From Thermoanaerobaculia bacterium (lineage in GTDB: Bacteria; Acidobacteriota; Thermoanaerobaculia; Multivoradales; JAGPDF01), in assembly GCA_963806165.1 (NCBI GenBank), contig CAWDWZ010000003.1, positions 72,233-136,232 on the forward strand: a stretch of 64,000 nucleotides of DNA, read 5' to 3'. Position numbers and translations under genes: made by a program. Numbering within the stretch: position 1 is the first letter of the stretch; each line of letters starts with the position of its first letter. Below the pieces are notes generated by a model. That model did no database searches. It had not been told where the DNA came from and saw only the letters and a list, made by a program, of their open reading frames with translations. Positions 8,747 to 18,469 of the stretch are shown here, in pieces.

Positions 8747-10024
8747 ATGGCGAAGAGCAAAGTCGCGCTCCTGCGTACGACTCCGCGAACGGTTTTCGCG
8801 GACTACCATCGCCTGCTGAACCTGGCCGGCTACCAGGACGTTCTGCCCAAGGACGCCGACACGGCGCTCAAGGTCAATATCTCCTGGCACTTCTTCTTCC
8901 CCGGCAGCTCGACCACGCCCTGGCAGCTCGAAGGGGTGATCCGGGCGATGAAACGGGACGGCTACGACCCGAATCTCATTCACGCCTGCCACAATCGCAC
9001 CGTCGTGATCGACGCCCATCTCGGTGAGCGCGAGAACAAGCAGGTGAACGTCGTCGAAGCGCACGGGCTGCGCAACGTCCACCTCTACGAGGGCGAGGAC
9101 TGGATCCCGATCGGCGAGGCGGTCGGGGACCTGACGCAGAAGTTCCTCTGCCTCAACCAGGTCTACCCCGACGGTTTCCTGATTCCGCGCCGCTTCCTGG
9201 GCGAGAACATCCTCCACCTGCCGACGGTGAAGACGCACGTCTTCACCACCACCACCGGCGCGATGAAGAACGCCTTCGGCGGGCTCTTGAACGAGCGCCG
9301 CCACTGGACCCATCCCGTGATCCACGAGACGCTGGTGGACCTTCTGATGATCCAGAAGAAGATCCACCGCGGCGTGTTCGCGGTGATGGACGGCACATTC
9401 GCCGGCGACGGTCCGGGTCCGCGGTGCATGATCCCGCACGTCAAGAACGTCATCCTCGCCTCGGAGGACCAGGTGGCGATCGACGCGGTGGCGGCCAAGC
9501 TGATGGGGATCGACCCGCTGTCGATCCGCTTCATCCGCCTGGCGCACGAAGCCGGTCTCGGCTGCGGCGATCCGCGCGAGATCGAGATCGTCGGCGATAC
9601 GGCGGAGGCGACGAAGAGCTGGAACTTCGTCGGCCCCTTCAAGAAGATGACCTTCGCCGCTCGCATGCAGCACAGGATCTACTGGGGACCGCTCAAGAAG
9701 CCGATCGAATGGTCGCTGAAGACGGTGCTCGCCCCGTGGGCCTACATCGCGAGCGTGATCTACCACGACAGCTTCTGGTACCCGGCCATCGCGAGCAACA
9801 AGATGCGGCAAGTGCTCGACAGTCCGTGGGGGAGGCTCTTCCGCAACTGGGAGAACCTGAAGCCGGACGAGCAGGGCTTCCCGGATGTCGGGGGCACGGG
9901 CTCCGTCGTGAAGCGCACCGGCTTGCGGGCTTTCTTCTCCTCGCTCGGCATTCTCTGGACCTGCATCCGGGAGGCCCCTGAGTTTGCCGCCCGCAAGCGC
10001 CGCGCCGCGGTCCGCAAGACCTGA
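8747..10024 (+). CDS. DUF362 domain protein with a ~120-aa C-terminal extension
   Basis: In-frame part of track ORF 8021..10024, from ATG 8747 (MAKSKVALLRT). DUF362-like blocks LKVNISW, HLPTVKTHVFTTTTGAMKNAFGGL and VMDGTFAGDGPGP. Paralogous to the ORF at 48171..49187. Confidence 0.8.
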   Translation: MAKSKVALLRTTPRTVFADYHRLLNLAGYQDVLPKDADTALKVNISWHFFFPGSSTTPWQLEGVIRAMKRDGYDPNLIHACHNRTVVIDAHLGERENKQVNVVEAHGLRNVHLYEGEDWIPIGEAVGDLTQKFLCLNQVYPDGFLIPRRFLGENILHLPTVKTHVFTTTTGAMKNAFGGLLNERRHWTHPVIHETLVDLLMIQKKIHRGVFAVMDGTFAGDGPGPRCMIPHVKNVILASEDQVAIDAVAAKLMGIDPLSIRFIRLAHEAGLGCGDPREIEIVGDTAEATKSWNFVGPFKKMTFAARMQHRIYWGPLKKPIEWSLKTVLAPWAYIASVIYHDSFWYPAIASNKMRQVLDSPWGRLFRNWENLKPDEQGFPDVGGTGSVVKRTGLRAFFSSLGILWTCIREAPEFAARKRRAAVRKT

Positions 10025-10132
10025 GGCCGAGCCGGCGGGTAGCGAGGCCGGAGCGGCGCGTGAGCCCACCGGTCCGCGTGGGAACCCCACCCTGATGGGC
10101 TGGGCGTTCGGGACGCTTGGGGCGCAAAGTGG

Positions 10133-10168
10133 CAGCGCCGACTCTGTTCCATCGCGAGTCGGCCGCTG
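10133..10168 (+). terminator. Possible intrinsic terminator hairpin downstream of the DUF362 gene
   Basis: CAGCGCCGACTC (10133-10144) pairs with GAGTCGGCCGCTG (10156-10168) with one bulge and an 11-nt loop, followed by tctcttcc. The T-tract is weak. Confidence 0.35.
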
Positions 10169-10253
10169 TCTCTTCCTACGAGGTTGATGCGTCCCTCCAA
10201 CTCGCTCCGGCGGCTCGGAGTCGGCGACCCAACCGTCGCTCGGAGGTTTCCCC

Positions 10254-11939
10254 ATGACCATCGCCCGACTCTGGCTCTCTCTGACGCTCTTCGCGGCCTC
10301 CGGGGTGCTGGCCCAACCTGCGTTCCTCGAGGTCACGCCGGTGGACAACCCGTATTTCGCGACTCCCGAGAGCGACGACTTCTGGGTCAGCACAGTCGCC
10401 CCGGCCGACGTCGATGGCGACGGCGATCTCGACCTCGCCGTGCTCGGCTTCTACGTCGTCTACAACCAGAGCGTCGAGGATCGTCTGGTGGTGCTGCGCA
10501 ACGACGGCGCCGCGCTCGACGGCAGCTGGACCTTCACCCCCCAGCCGGTGGCGCTCGGGAGTCTCTTCGCGGGGGCCTCCGACCTCGCCTGGGGGGACTT
10601 CGACGGCGACGGCGATCACGATCTGGTCGTCGGCAGCGAGGGCGCGACCGCGCTCTACCGCAACGACGGCGGTGCGCTGACCGCGCTCGCCACCGTCCTG
10701 CCGGGGTATTCCGAAGACTCCAGCTACACCGGCGCCTACGACCTGCGCTCGATCACCTGGAGCGACTTCGACAACGACGGCGACCTCGATCTCTTGATCC
10801 CGTCGGTGTTCGACCCGGGAACCTTCGAGTACCGCACGGCGCTGCTGCGCAACGACGGCAGTGACGGTGCCGGCGGCTGGCTGTTCACCGATGTCGCGGC
10901 GGCCCTCGACCCGACCGTCCACGCCCAGAGCGCTTGGGCCGACGACGACAACGACGGCGATCTCGACCTCTTCCTGACCAACGTCGATCCCTACACCGAG
11001 ACCGGATTCGTCCGCCGCTACGGCAACGACGGCGGTCTCTTCACCGGCCAGGACCTCCTCGGCATCAAGGTCGAGTATGGACTTGCCGACTGGGGCGACT
11101 ACGACGCCGACGGCGACCTCGACCTGCTCGTGGTCGGCAACATCCAGGAGGCCGGCGGCACCTTCGACACCGTCCTGCGCGTCTACCGCAACGACGCCGG
11201 CGTCTACAACGAGACCACGCTGATCACGGCTCCGAACGCCGACTGGCTCGATCTGCACGCCGCCACCTGGGCCGACTACGACTCCGATGGCGACGTCGAC
11301 CTGCTGGTCACCGGCAACTGGGTCACGAATGCCGAGATCGTGGGGCACTCGAAGATCTACGGCAACGACGGCGGCGTCTTCACCGAGCTCGGCGTCGACC
11401 TGCCGGCGCCGATCCAGTCGATCGGACGTGGCGGCGCCTTCACCTGGTTCGACGTCGACGGTGACGGCGACCTCGATTACCTGGTCGCCGGCGCCTACTA
11501 CGTCCCCGGCGGCAACGGGCTGGTCGAGGCTGAGATGCACCTCTACCGCAACGGCGTCACGCAGGCCAACCAGCCACCCGGTGCGGCGAGCGCTCTCCTC
11601 GCCATTCCGGGCGCAGGCCCGGGCACGGTGACGCTCTCGTGGCAAGCGCCCACCGACGACCACACCCTCGCCGCGGCCCTGACCTACGACCTGCGAGTGC
11701 GCCCGGCCGGCAGCCCGGCGGCGACCGCCGAGCGTCTTCCCGAACCCGGCGACCGCAGCTCGACGACCGCCTGGACCCTCTCCGGCCTCGCGCCCGGCAG
11801 CTATTCCTGGAGCGTTCGCGCCGTCGACACTGCCTTCGCCGGCGGTGCGCTCGCCCAGGGGACCTTCAGCGTCGGGCTGGTATTTGCGGACGGCTTCGAG
11901 TCGGGCGACACGAGCGCCTGGTCGCAGCTCGCACGCTGA
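10254..11939 (+). CDS. Secreted FG-GAP/VCBS-repeat (integrin-like 7-blade propeller) protein with an FN3-like domain and a conserved C-terminal tail
   Basis: Signal peptide MTIARLWLSLTLFAASGVLAQP. Seven DxDGDGDxDL-type repeats (DVDGDGDLDLAV, FDGDGDHDLVV, FDNDGDLDLLI, DDNDGDLDLFL, YDADGDLDLLV, YDSDGDVDLLV, VDGDGDLDYLV). GGAGG SD 7 nt upstream. Ends VFADGFESGDTSAWSQLAR. Confidence 0.85.
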   Translation: MTIARLWLSLTLFAASGVLAQPAFLEVTPVDNPYFATPESDDFWVSTVAPADVDGDGDLDLAVLGFYVVYNQSVEDRLVVLRNDGAALDGSWTFTPQPVALGSLFAGASDLAWGDFDGDGDHDLVVGSEGATALYRNDGGALTALATVLPGYSEDSSYTGAYDLRSITWSDFDNDGDLDLLIPSVFDPGTFEYRTALLRNDGSDGAGGWLFTDVAAALDPTVHAQSAWADDDNDGDLDLFLTNVDPYTETGFVRRYGNDGGLFTGQDLLGIKVEYGLADWGDYDADGDLDLLVVGNIQEAGGTFDTVLRVYRNDAGVYNETTLITAPNADWLDLHAATWADYDSDGDVDLLVTGNWVTNAEIVGHSKIYGNDGGVFTELGVDLPAPIQSIGRGGAFTWFDVDGDGDLDYLVAGAYYVPGGNGLVEAEMHLYRNGVTQANQPPGAASALLAIPGAGPGTVTLSWQAPTDDHTLAAALTYDLRVRPAGSPAATAERLPEPGDRSSTTAWTLSGLAPGSYSWSVRAVDTAFAGGALAQGTFSVGLVFADGFESGDTSAWSQLAR

Positions 11940-11951
11940 ACCGGCCGCGCC

Positions 11952-14348
11952 TCAGCTCGCGCCCGGAGGCTTCCAGGGCGTGGCCCGCATCCACTCCACG
12001 GCGGCGGGCTCGGCAAGCGGCGGGCTGATCAGAAATCCCTGGCCCAGATCGCAGCCGAGGGACTCGAGACTGCGCCAGGTCTCCGTGTCCTCGATCCCCT
12101 CGGCGACCACCTGGCGCCCGACGTTGTGGCCGAGGTCGATCATCGAGCGCACGATCGCCGCGTCGTGCTCGTTGTGGATCATGTCGCGCACGAAGGTGCG
12201 ATCGATCTTGATCTCCGAGGCCGGCAGCTGCTTCAGGTGGGCGAGCGACGAGTAGCCCGTTCCGAAATCGTCGATCGACAGGCCGACACCCGTCTCGAGG
12301 ATCTGGCGCAGCAGGGCGATCGCGTGCGCGGGGTCGGCGAGCAGGCTCCCCTCGGTGATCTCGAGCGTGAGCCAGCGCGACTCGAGGCCGGCCGCGTCGA
12401 GGGCGGCGGCGATCGCTCGCGGAAGTCCGGCGTCGCGCAGGCTCCGCGGCGAGAGATTGACCGACACGCCGACCGCGGCGAGGCCGCCATCCTGCCAGCG
12501 CCGGCAGGCCGCGAGCGCAGCGTCGAGCATCCACTCGGTCACCAGATGGACGAGATTTCCGGCTTCGGCGAGAGGGATGAAGTCGCGCGGCGAGAGCAGA
12601 CCCTGCTTTGGATGCTGCCAGCGCACCAGCGCCTCGGCTCGCCGCACGCGCCCGGTCGCGAGCTCGATCTCCGGTTGGAAAAGGAGCCGAAACTGGTCGC
12701 GGCAGACCTCGCGGCGCAGATCTCCCAGAAGCGCCAGTCGCGCCGGGCTGTGGCCGTCAGCCTCGGCGGCGTAGACCGCATGACCGCGGCCCGAAGACTT
12801 CGCGACGTACATCGCAATGTCGGCGCGGCGCATGAGCGTCGTGGGGTCGGTGCCGTGCTCCGGGCAGAGCACGATGCCGATGCTCGCTCCGACGGTCAGC
12901 TGCTGGTGCTCGACGCTGAACGGCTCGAGCAGCGAATCGAGCAGCGACTGCGCGACCTCGATCGTCGCGTCGGGGCCGTCGATGTCGGGCAGGAGGATCG
13001 CGAATTCGTCGCCGCCGAGTCTCGCCACCGTGTCGGTGACGCGGAGAGTCCGGACCAGGCGCGCGCCCACCTGGCGCAGCAGCTCGTCGCCGCAGTGGTG
13101 CCCGAACGTGTCGTTGATCTCCTTGAAACCGTTGAGATCCATGAACAGCAGCCCGAGCGGGCGAGTCGAGCGCCCACTCTTCAGGATCTCCTGTTCCAGA
13201 CGGTCGTAGAGCAGGAGGCGGTTGGGGAGGTCGGTTAGGGCGTCGTGAAGCGCCTGGCGCCGCAGCTGCTTCTCGATGACCTGGCGCTCCGCGATCTCGT
13301 GCTGCAGGCGCTGGTTCGTCTGGGAGAGCTCGGCAGTGCGCTCGAGCACCCGTCGCTCGAGAAGCTCGTTGGCCTTGCGCAGCTCGTCCTCCATGCGCAA
13401 CCGCTGGAAGAACTCGGGGACCGCCACGGCGATCGCCGGTGCCGCGGAGCGACGGGAGCGGGCGTCCGCGGGAGGGCCCGCGGTGTGCCGCGCGAGATGC
13501 GCTTCGATACGCGACGGCGGCGCCATGATGAAGCGGCAGTGGCTCCCGCCCGCCGCGATGCACTCGACTTCAGCCGACACCAGTGGGATGCCGAAGCTCT
13601 CCTCGCACCAGCCGGAGGAGTAGCCGGCGCTCATGATGCAGACCGGGACCTCGCTCCGCTGGCCCTTCGCCTGCCAGGCGTGCGATTCGAAGGAGAACGG
13701 ATGGTCGAAGATCAGGAAGTAGTCGTCGTCCGGGGACGGCCTGGACTCGGGAAGAATGTGCACGTAGGCCCAGCCGGAGAACGCGAAATGAACCGGTCCG
13801 GCGGAGAGGCGCTCGATCGGATCGGTGACCCCCATCTTCTCGTGGAAGCGGCGCGCGTCGGCCTTGCCGATGGCGTGCGCCAGATCGAAAAGCAGGTTGT
13901 TCGCCACGCTGCGCGCCTCGGCGGGCCCCTTGTCCTGGTAGAGCGACATCACCAGCTCGACGAACTCGACCGACATCGACGCGGCGCGCAGCAGAACGTA
14001 GCGCTCGCCGGCGATCGTGATCGTGGCTTCGTCCGGGCGGTGGACACGATCGCGGAAATAGCGCGCCACGTACTCCTGGGCCTTGAGGAAGACCGGGGCG
14101 ATCTCCGGCGGGACACTGACCGTGGAGAGGTGGGTCCGGAAGCGATCCCAGTCGTTGGCGGGGGAATCGGCGGCGGCGTTCGCGGAGGAATCGGGCGCGA
14201 GGTTCAGGCGGTGGCGCAAGGCGAGGACCTCCGCTACCAGCCACTCGCGCGTCCAACCTTCGAGCGCGGGCGCGTCGGGGTCCCCGCGTCTGTCGCTTCC
14301 TTCGCTCACGTGGCGCTCCCTCGCGGCGCTCCGGATGGAGGCCATCAT
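11952..14348 (-). CDS. XylR_N/V4R sensor - GGDEF - EAL protein (c-di-GMP turnover)
   Basis: 798 aa. The N-terminal region carries the V4R-type Cys pattern CIMSAGYSSGWCEESFG...ECIAAGGSHCRF. A coiled linker follows, then RLGGDEFAILL (GGDEF) and EALVRWQHP plus DDFGTGYSSL (EAL). Confidence 0.85.
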   Translation of the reverse strand: MMASIRSAARERHVSEGSDRRGDPDAPALEGWTREWLVAEVLALRHRLNLAPDSSANAAADSPANDWDRFRTHLSTVSVPPEIAPVFLKAQEYVARYFRDRVHRPDEATITIAGERYVLLRAASMSVEFVELVMSLYQDKGPAEARSVANNLLFDLAHAIGKADARRFHEKMGVTDPIERLSAGPVHFAFSGWAYVHILPESRPSPDDDYFLIFDHPFSFESHAWQAKGQRSEVPVCIMSAGYSSGWCEESFGIPLVSAEVECIAAGGSHCRFIMAPPSRIEAHLARHTAGPPADARSRRSAAPAIAVAVPEFFQRLRMEDELRKANELLERRVLERTAELSQTNQRLQHEIAERQVIEKQLRRQALHDALTDLPNRLLLYDRLEQEILKSGRSTRPLGLLFMDLNGFKEINDTFGHHCGDELLRQVGARLVRTLRVTDTVARLGGDEFAILLPDIDGPDATIEVAQSLLDSLLEPFSVEHQQLTVGASIGIVLCPEHGTDPTTLMRRADIAMYVAKSSGRGHAVYAAEADGHSPARLALLGDLRREVCRDQFRLLFQPEIELATGRVRRAEALVRWQHPKQGLLSPRDFIPLAEAGNLVHLVTEWMLDAALAACRRWQDGGLAAVGVSVNLSPRSLRDAGLPRAIAAALDAAGLESRWLTLEITEGSLLADPAHAIALLRQILETGVGLSIDDFGTGYSSLAHLKQLPASEIKIDRTFVRDMIHNEHDAAIVRSMIDLGHNVGRQVVAEGIEDTETWRSLESLGCDLGQGFLISPPLAEPAAVEWMRATPWKPPGAS

Positions 14349-14387
14349 AGCCGAGGGCTATTCAGGCGCCCGGTGTCGCCACCGCGC

Positions 14388-14966
14388 TCAGGGTTCCGGG
14401 AGCCGGCTGCTGCGGACGGGCTTGGCGTCGCTCGTCGGGACGTGACAACTGATGCAGAGGTAGCGGGCACCGGCGACCGCCGCGCCGACGACGTCCGGGG
14501 CGTTGCGCAGGTCGGTGCGGTGGCTCGGCGGCAGCTCGGGCGCGTCGGCGCCGGCGTCCTTGGCGTGGCAGTCGAGGCAGCCGTTGCTCGTGAGCGTGAT
14601 CGGGAGGAAGTCGCTAATGCCGTGCGGAATCCGCGGCGGTGCGATCGGGTAGGCCCGCGGCAGGCGCTGGTTGCCTCCCGGGCTGCTGGCGTTCCAGGTG
14701 AAGCCTTCCGGATTCGGCACCGCGAACAGGCTGCCGGGATAGAGCGAGAGCTCGCGATCGGAGATCGAGGTGACCTTCGCCGGCGCCTGAGCAGGAGTCG
14801 TTGCCCCTGATGTCGCGGTCTCCGTCGCAGTCGCTGGCGCGGTCGCCGGCGGCTGCTCCTTCCTGGGTTCGTCGGCCGCGAGGGCGCCGGGGAGCGCGAG
14901 CGCTCCCGCGACGACCGCCAGACCCAGGGCTTTCCGCATGGCCGCTCTCCTCTCCCCGGCGCTCAT
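14388..14966 (-). CDS. napB: Periplasmic nitrate reductase dihaem cytochrome c subunit NapB
   Basis: C-terminal part of track ORF 14388..17327. ATG 14964-14966 overlaps the napA stop (ATGA); alternative ATG at 14937-14939 ([21 protein letters not shown] signal peptide). Two CxxCH sites (CLDCH, CISCH). Confidence 0.85.
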   Translation of the reverse strand: MSAGERRAAMRKALGLAVVAGALALPGALAADEPRKEQPPATAPATATETATSGATTPAQAPAKVTSISDRELSLYPGSLFAVPNPEGFTWNASSPGGNQRLPRAYPIAPPRIPHGISDFLPITLTSNGCLDCHAKDAGADAPELPPSHRTDLRNAPDVVGAAVAGARYLCISCHVPTSDAKPVRSSRLPEP

Positions 14967-17728
14967 GCGCGGCTCACCCGCACGGCGCACTTCTTGAAGT
15001 CGGTCTGCTTCGAGATCGGGCAGGTGGCGTCGAGGGTGACCTTGTTGATGAACACCGCCTCGTCGAACCAGGGCACGTAGACGGTGCCGCGCGGCGGGCG
15101 ATTCCGGCCGGCGAGCTCCACCCGCGCCGTGATCCGGCCGCGCCGCGATTCGATCGCAGCGAGCGCGCCCTGGGCGAGACCGCGCGCCGCGGCATCCTGC
15201 GGGTGCATGAAGAGCTGCGCCTCCGGCATGGCGTTGTGGAGCTCGGGGACGCGCTGGGTCAGCGAGCCGGAATGCCAGTGTTCGAGCACGCGGCCGGTCG
15301 CGAGCCAGAGGTCCCAGGTCGCGTCCGGGCTCTCGGGGGGCGCGGCATAGGGTCGGAAGAAGATCTTCGCCTTGCCAGAGATCGCCACCGGCGCGGCAGC
15401 GCCCGGGCTGGCGAGCGTGCCGTAGGGCAGCTTCTTGCCCGCCTTGCCGTAGAAGTCGAAACCGCTGCCTGGAGTGACATACGGATCGTGCGCCTCGTTG
15501 AAGCGCCAGCGGGTCTCCTTGCCGGCGATCACCGGCCAGCGCAGGCCGCGCACGTCGGCGCGGAAATAGACGTCGAACGGCGCCAGGTCGTGGCCCTCGC
15601 CGCGGCCGAAGCCGGCGTACTCCTCGAACAGCGCCTTTTCCGGGAACCAATCGAGCGCCGCCACCCCTCGCGGGGCGACGGTCGAGTTGGCGTGCCCGCC
15701 GGCGACCGGGTCCGGCCAGGCGACTTTGCGGTTGGCGGGCGAGGCGAAGAGCACGTCGTAGAGCGTCGTCTCCGGCGTGTAGCCGAGCGCGGTCGCCGCC
15801 GCCATCACGTCGGGCAGCGCGCCGGCGTCGAAGCCTTCGGCCTCGAGTCCGGGGACCTTCTGGGCTCCCCAGACGTCGGCGAGCTTGAAGCGCTTCGAGA
15901 ATTCGAGCATCTGCCAGAGGTCGGTGCGCGCGTCGCCGGGTGCGTCGACCTGTTGCCGCCACATCTGCGTGCGGCGCTCGGAGTTGCCGTAGGCGCCCCA
16001 CTTCTCGAAGATGATCGCCGAGGGCAGAATGAGATCGGCGACCTTGGTCGAGAGCGTCGGATAGACGTCGGAGACGACGATGAAGCAGTCCTTCTCGCGC
16101 GCCGCGTGAATCCAATGGTTGGCGTTGGCGGTCGACTGGAACGGATTGGTCACCTGCACCCAGAGCCAGCGCAGGGAGCCGTCCTCGAGATCGCGCATCA
16201 TCTTGGTGATCGGACTGCCGATCTTGGGGTTGAGGGTCTTCGCCGGCAGGTGCCAGAGGCGCTCGGCCTTCTCCCGGTGCGCGGGGTTGTCCACCACCAT
16301 GTCGGCCGGCAGGCGGTGGGAGAAGGTGCCGACCTCGCGCGCCGTGCCGCACGCCGACGGCTGGCCGGTCAACGAGAAGGCGCCGGCGCCCGGTCTGGCC
16401 TGCTTGCCGGTCAGCAGATGCACCATGTACGCCTGCTCGTTCACCCAGGTGCCGCGGGTATGCTGGTTGAAGCCCATGGTCCAGTAGCTGACCACCTTGC
16501 GTTTCGGGTCGGCATACTGGTCGGCGAGCTGGACGAGCTTCCGTTTGAAGGCGTCGTGCGGCTCGTCGGGATCTCCCTGGGCGAGCGCCGCCACGAAGTC
16601 GAGAGTGTAAGGCTCGAGCGCCTGCTTGAACTCGTCGAACGGGATCAGCCACTGCCGGGCGGGATCGGCGGTCGCCGTCTGTTTCACCCGATTCTCGAGG
16701 TGCGGGTCGAGCCCTGCCAGAACCGCCTCGTCGCGGGTCAGCACCACTTCGCGCTCGCGCGCCTGGGTGTCGCGCTCGGCGACGAAGGCGAACTGGTCGG
16801 TCGGCCGCATGCCGTAGCCGATGTCGGTGGGCCCGGCGGCGAAGACGCAGTGCCGGTCGACGAACCCCTGGTCGACGGCGCCGCGGTGCACGATCTCGCG
16901 CGCGATGTAGTTCCAGATCGCGAGATCGGTGTTGGGCTTGAAGACGATCTCGAGGTCCGCCATGTCCGACGATCGGTTGTGGAAGGTGGTGAGATTGAAG
17001 ATGCGGTAGCTCGCCGAGCGTTGCCGCTGGTCGACGATGCGCGCCCAGAGCATCGGGTGCATCTCGGCCATGTTGGCGCCCCAGAGCACCACCGTGTCGG
17101 TGGCTTCGATGTCGTCGTAGCAGCCCGACGGTTCGTCGATGCCGAACGTCTGCATGAAGGCCGAGGCTGCGGAGGCCATGCAGTGCCGCGCGTTGGGATC
17201 GAGGTTGTTCGACCGCCAGCCCGCCTTGACCAGCTTCGAAGCGGCGTAGCCTTCCTGGATCGTGTACTGACCCGATCCCATGATGCCGACGCCGGTGGGA
17301 CCCAGTTCGGCGTGGGCACGCCGCCACTGGCGTTCCATCTCGTCGAAGGCGCGCTGCCAGGAGACCGCCACGAAGTCGCCCTGTTTGTCGAACTTGCCGT
17401 CCTTCATGCGCAGCAGCGGATGGGTCAGGCGGTCCGCGCCGTAAGGGATCTCGGCGTTGGCGTAGCCCTTGACGCAGAGCAGCCCGCGGTTGACCGGGCT
17501 CGCGCGATCGCCGCGCACCGCGACGACCCGGCCTTCACGCGTAGCGATCTCGATGCCGCAGCCGACGCCGCAGAAGCGGCAGACGCCTTTGTCCCAGCGC
17601 GAGCCGTGCAGCGGATCGACTAGATCGGCGAGATCGGCGAAGCTGACACCGGGCAGGCCCGCCGCCGCGACGGAGGCCGTGGTGACGCTGGTGCGCAGGA
17701 AGTCGCGGCGGGAGAAAGGTCGTTTCAT
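14963..17728 (-). CDS. napA: Periplasmic nitrate reductase catalytic subunit NapA (molybdopterin, Tat-exported)
   Basis: 921 aa. Twin-arginine signal [13 protein letters not shown]. 4Fe-4S motif CRFCGVGCG...C. NapA-typical [17 protein letters not shown] and [17 protein letters not shown]. Confidence 0.95.
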   Translation of the reverse strand: MKRPFSRRDFLRTSVTTASVAAAGLPGVSFADLADLVDPLHGSRWDKGVCRFCGVGCGIEIATREGRVVAVRGDRASPVNRGLLCVKGYANAEIPYGADRLTHPLLRMKDGKFDKQGDFVAVSWQRAFDEMERQWRRAHAELGPTGVGIMGSGQYTIQEGYAASKLVKAGWRSNNLDPNARHCMASAASAFMQTFGIDEPSGCYDDIEATDTVVLWGANMAEMHPMLWARIVDQRQRSASYRIFNLTTFHNRSSDMADLEIVFKPNTDLAIWNYIAREIVHRGAVDQGFVDRHCVFAAGPTDIGYGMRPTDQFAFVAERDTQAREREVVLTRDEAVLAGLDPHLENRVKQTATADPARQWLIPFDEFKQALEPYTLDFVAALAQGDPDEPHDAFKRKLVQLADQYADPKRKVVSYWTMGFNQHTRGTWVNEQAYMVHLLTGKQARPGAGAFSLTGQPSACGTAREVGTFSHRLPADMVVDNPAHREKAERLWHLPAKTLNPKIGSPITKMMRDLEDGSLRWLWVQVTNPFQSTANANHWIHAAREKDCFIVVSDVYPTLSTKVADLILPSAIIFEKWGAYGNSERRTQMWRQQVDAPGDARTDLWQMLEFSKRFKLADVWGAQKVPGLEAEGFDAGALPDVMAAATALGYTPETTLYDVLFASPANRKVAWPDPVAGGHANSTVAPRGVAALDWFPEKALFEEYAGFGRGEGHDLAPFDVYFRADVRGLRWPVIAGKETRWRFNEAHDPYVTPGSGFDFYGKAGKKLPYGTLASPGAAAPVAISGKAKIFFRPYAAPPESPDATWDLWLATGRVLEHWHSGSLTQRVPELHNAMPEAQLFMHPQDAAARGLAQGALAAIESRRGRITARVELAGRNRPPRGTVYVPWFDEAVFINKVTLDATCPISKQTDFKKCAVRVSRA

Positions 17729-17793
17729 GGCTTCGTCTCCTCACGGGCCGGCAGCCCAGCGGCCGAGCCCCGGTTGGATCCATGCGTCAGTGG

Positions 17794-18279
17794 TCAGTCG
17801 TCGTCCGCGTCCTTCTCGCGCTGCCTGTCCTTCTCGCCGTCGCCGCTCTTGCTGCCGAAAGTCGCCGTAAGGCCGGCAACGAGGTCCGCCTTCTCGGCCG
17901 GCGAGAGCCGCGCTTCAGGGTGGGCCAGCAGGTAGGTCGCGAGCGGCATCTCGCCGCCGCGCACTTCTTTCGCCGCCTTGGAAGCGTTCTTCTGCGGGCG
18001 GTTCCACTCGGAGACATTCAGCTTCGAGCGCCCTTCCTCGACGTCACTCGCGACGAGCCAGGAGACCGGTGCCACGCGCGAGTACCAGGGCCATTTCGTC
18101 TGGTTGCTGTGGCAGTCGGCGCAGGCGCGCGAAAAGAGCTCGTGCGTCCGCGGCGCGTCCCAGCCCGGCTCGGCGACGACCGGCGGGTTGGTGTGGCGCC
18201 AGCCGTAGGGAACCAACTGGATGGCCACCAGGAGGCCGCCCAGGAAGAGGAGGACGCGAGAGAGGCTCGGACGCTTCAT
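17794..18279 (-). CDS. Haem-binding domain (Haem_bd-like) monohaem membrane-anchored protein
   Basis: C-terminal 161 aa of track ORF 17794..19125, from ATG 18277-18279, with an AAGGAG SD upstream. N-terminal TM segment [24 protein letters not shown] single CADCH site. Acidic/basic tail. Lies directly upstream of napA on the same strand. Confidence 0.7.
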   Translation of the reverse strand: MKRPSLSRVLLFLGGLLVAIQLVPYGWRHTNPPVVAEPGWDAPRTHELFSRACADCHSNQTKWPWYSRVAPVSWLVASDVEEGRSKLNVSEWNRPQKNASKAAKEVRGGEMPLATYLLAHPEARLSPAEKADLVAGLTATFGSKSGDGEKDRQREKDADDD

Positions 18280-18469
18280 GACTTTGCTCCTTGGCCGCCG
18301 GGAGCAGCCCATGCAATGGGCCGAGAGGGGGCCGGAAACGGTCGAATGGGAATCGTGCCGCAGCGGCGCGACAACTAGATTAACAAATGGACTGCCTGGC
18401 CCCAAGAAGCCACGGAATCCGACCTTCTGAGTGAAGCCCGCTCCAAGCCCGGCTTTACTGGAGGATGCG

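Noticed and set aside
18280-18469. Riboswitch or c-di-GMP aptamer in the 5' regions of the secreted propeller genes (also 10025-10253 and 54385-54644)
   Set aside because: I recognised no GEMM-type or other conserved aptamer core. Only short imperfect hairpins are present. These regions are treated as ordinary promoter or UTR regions.
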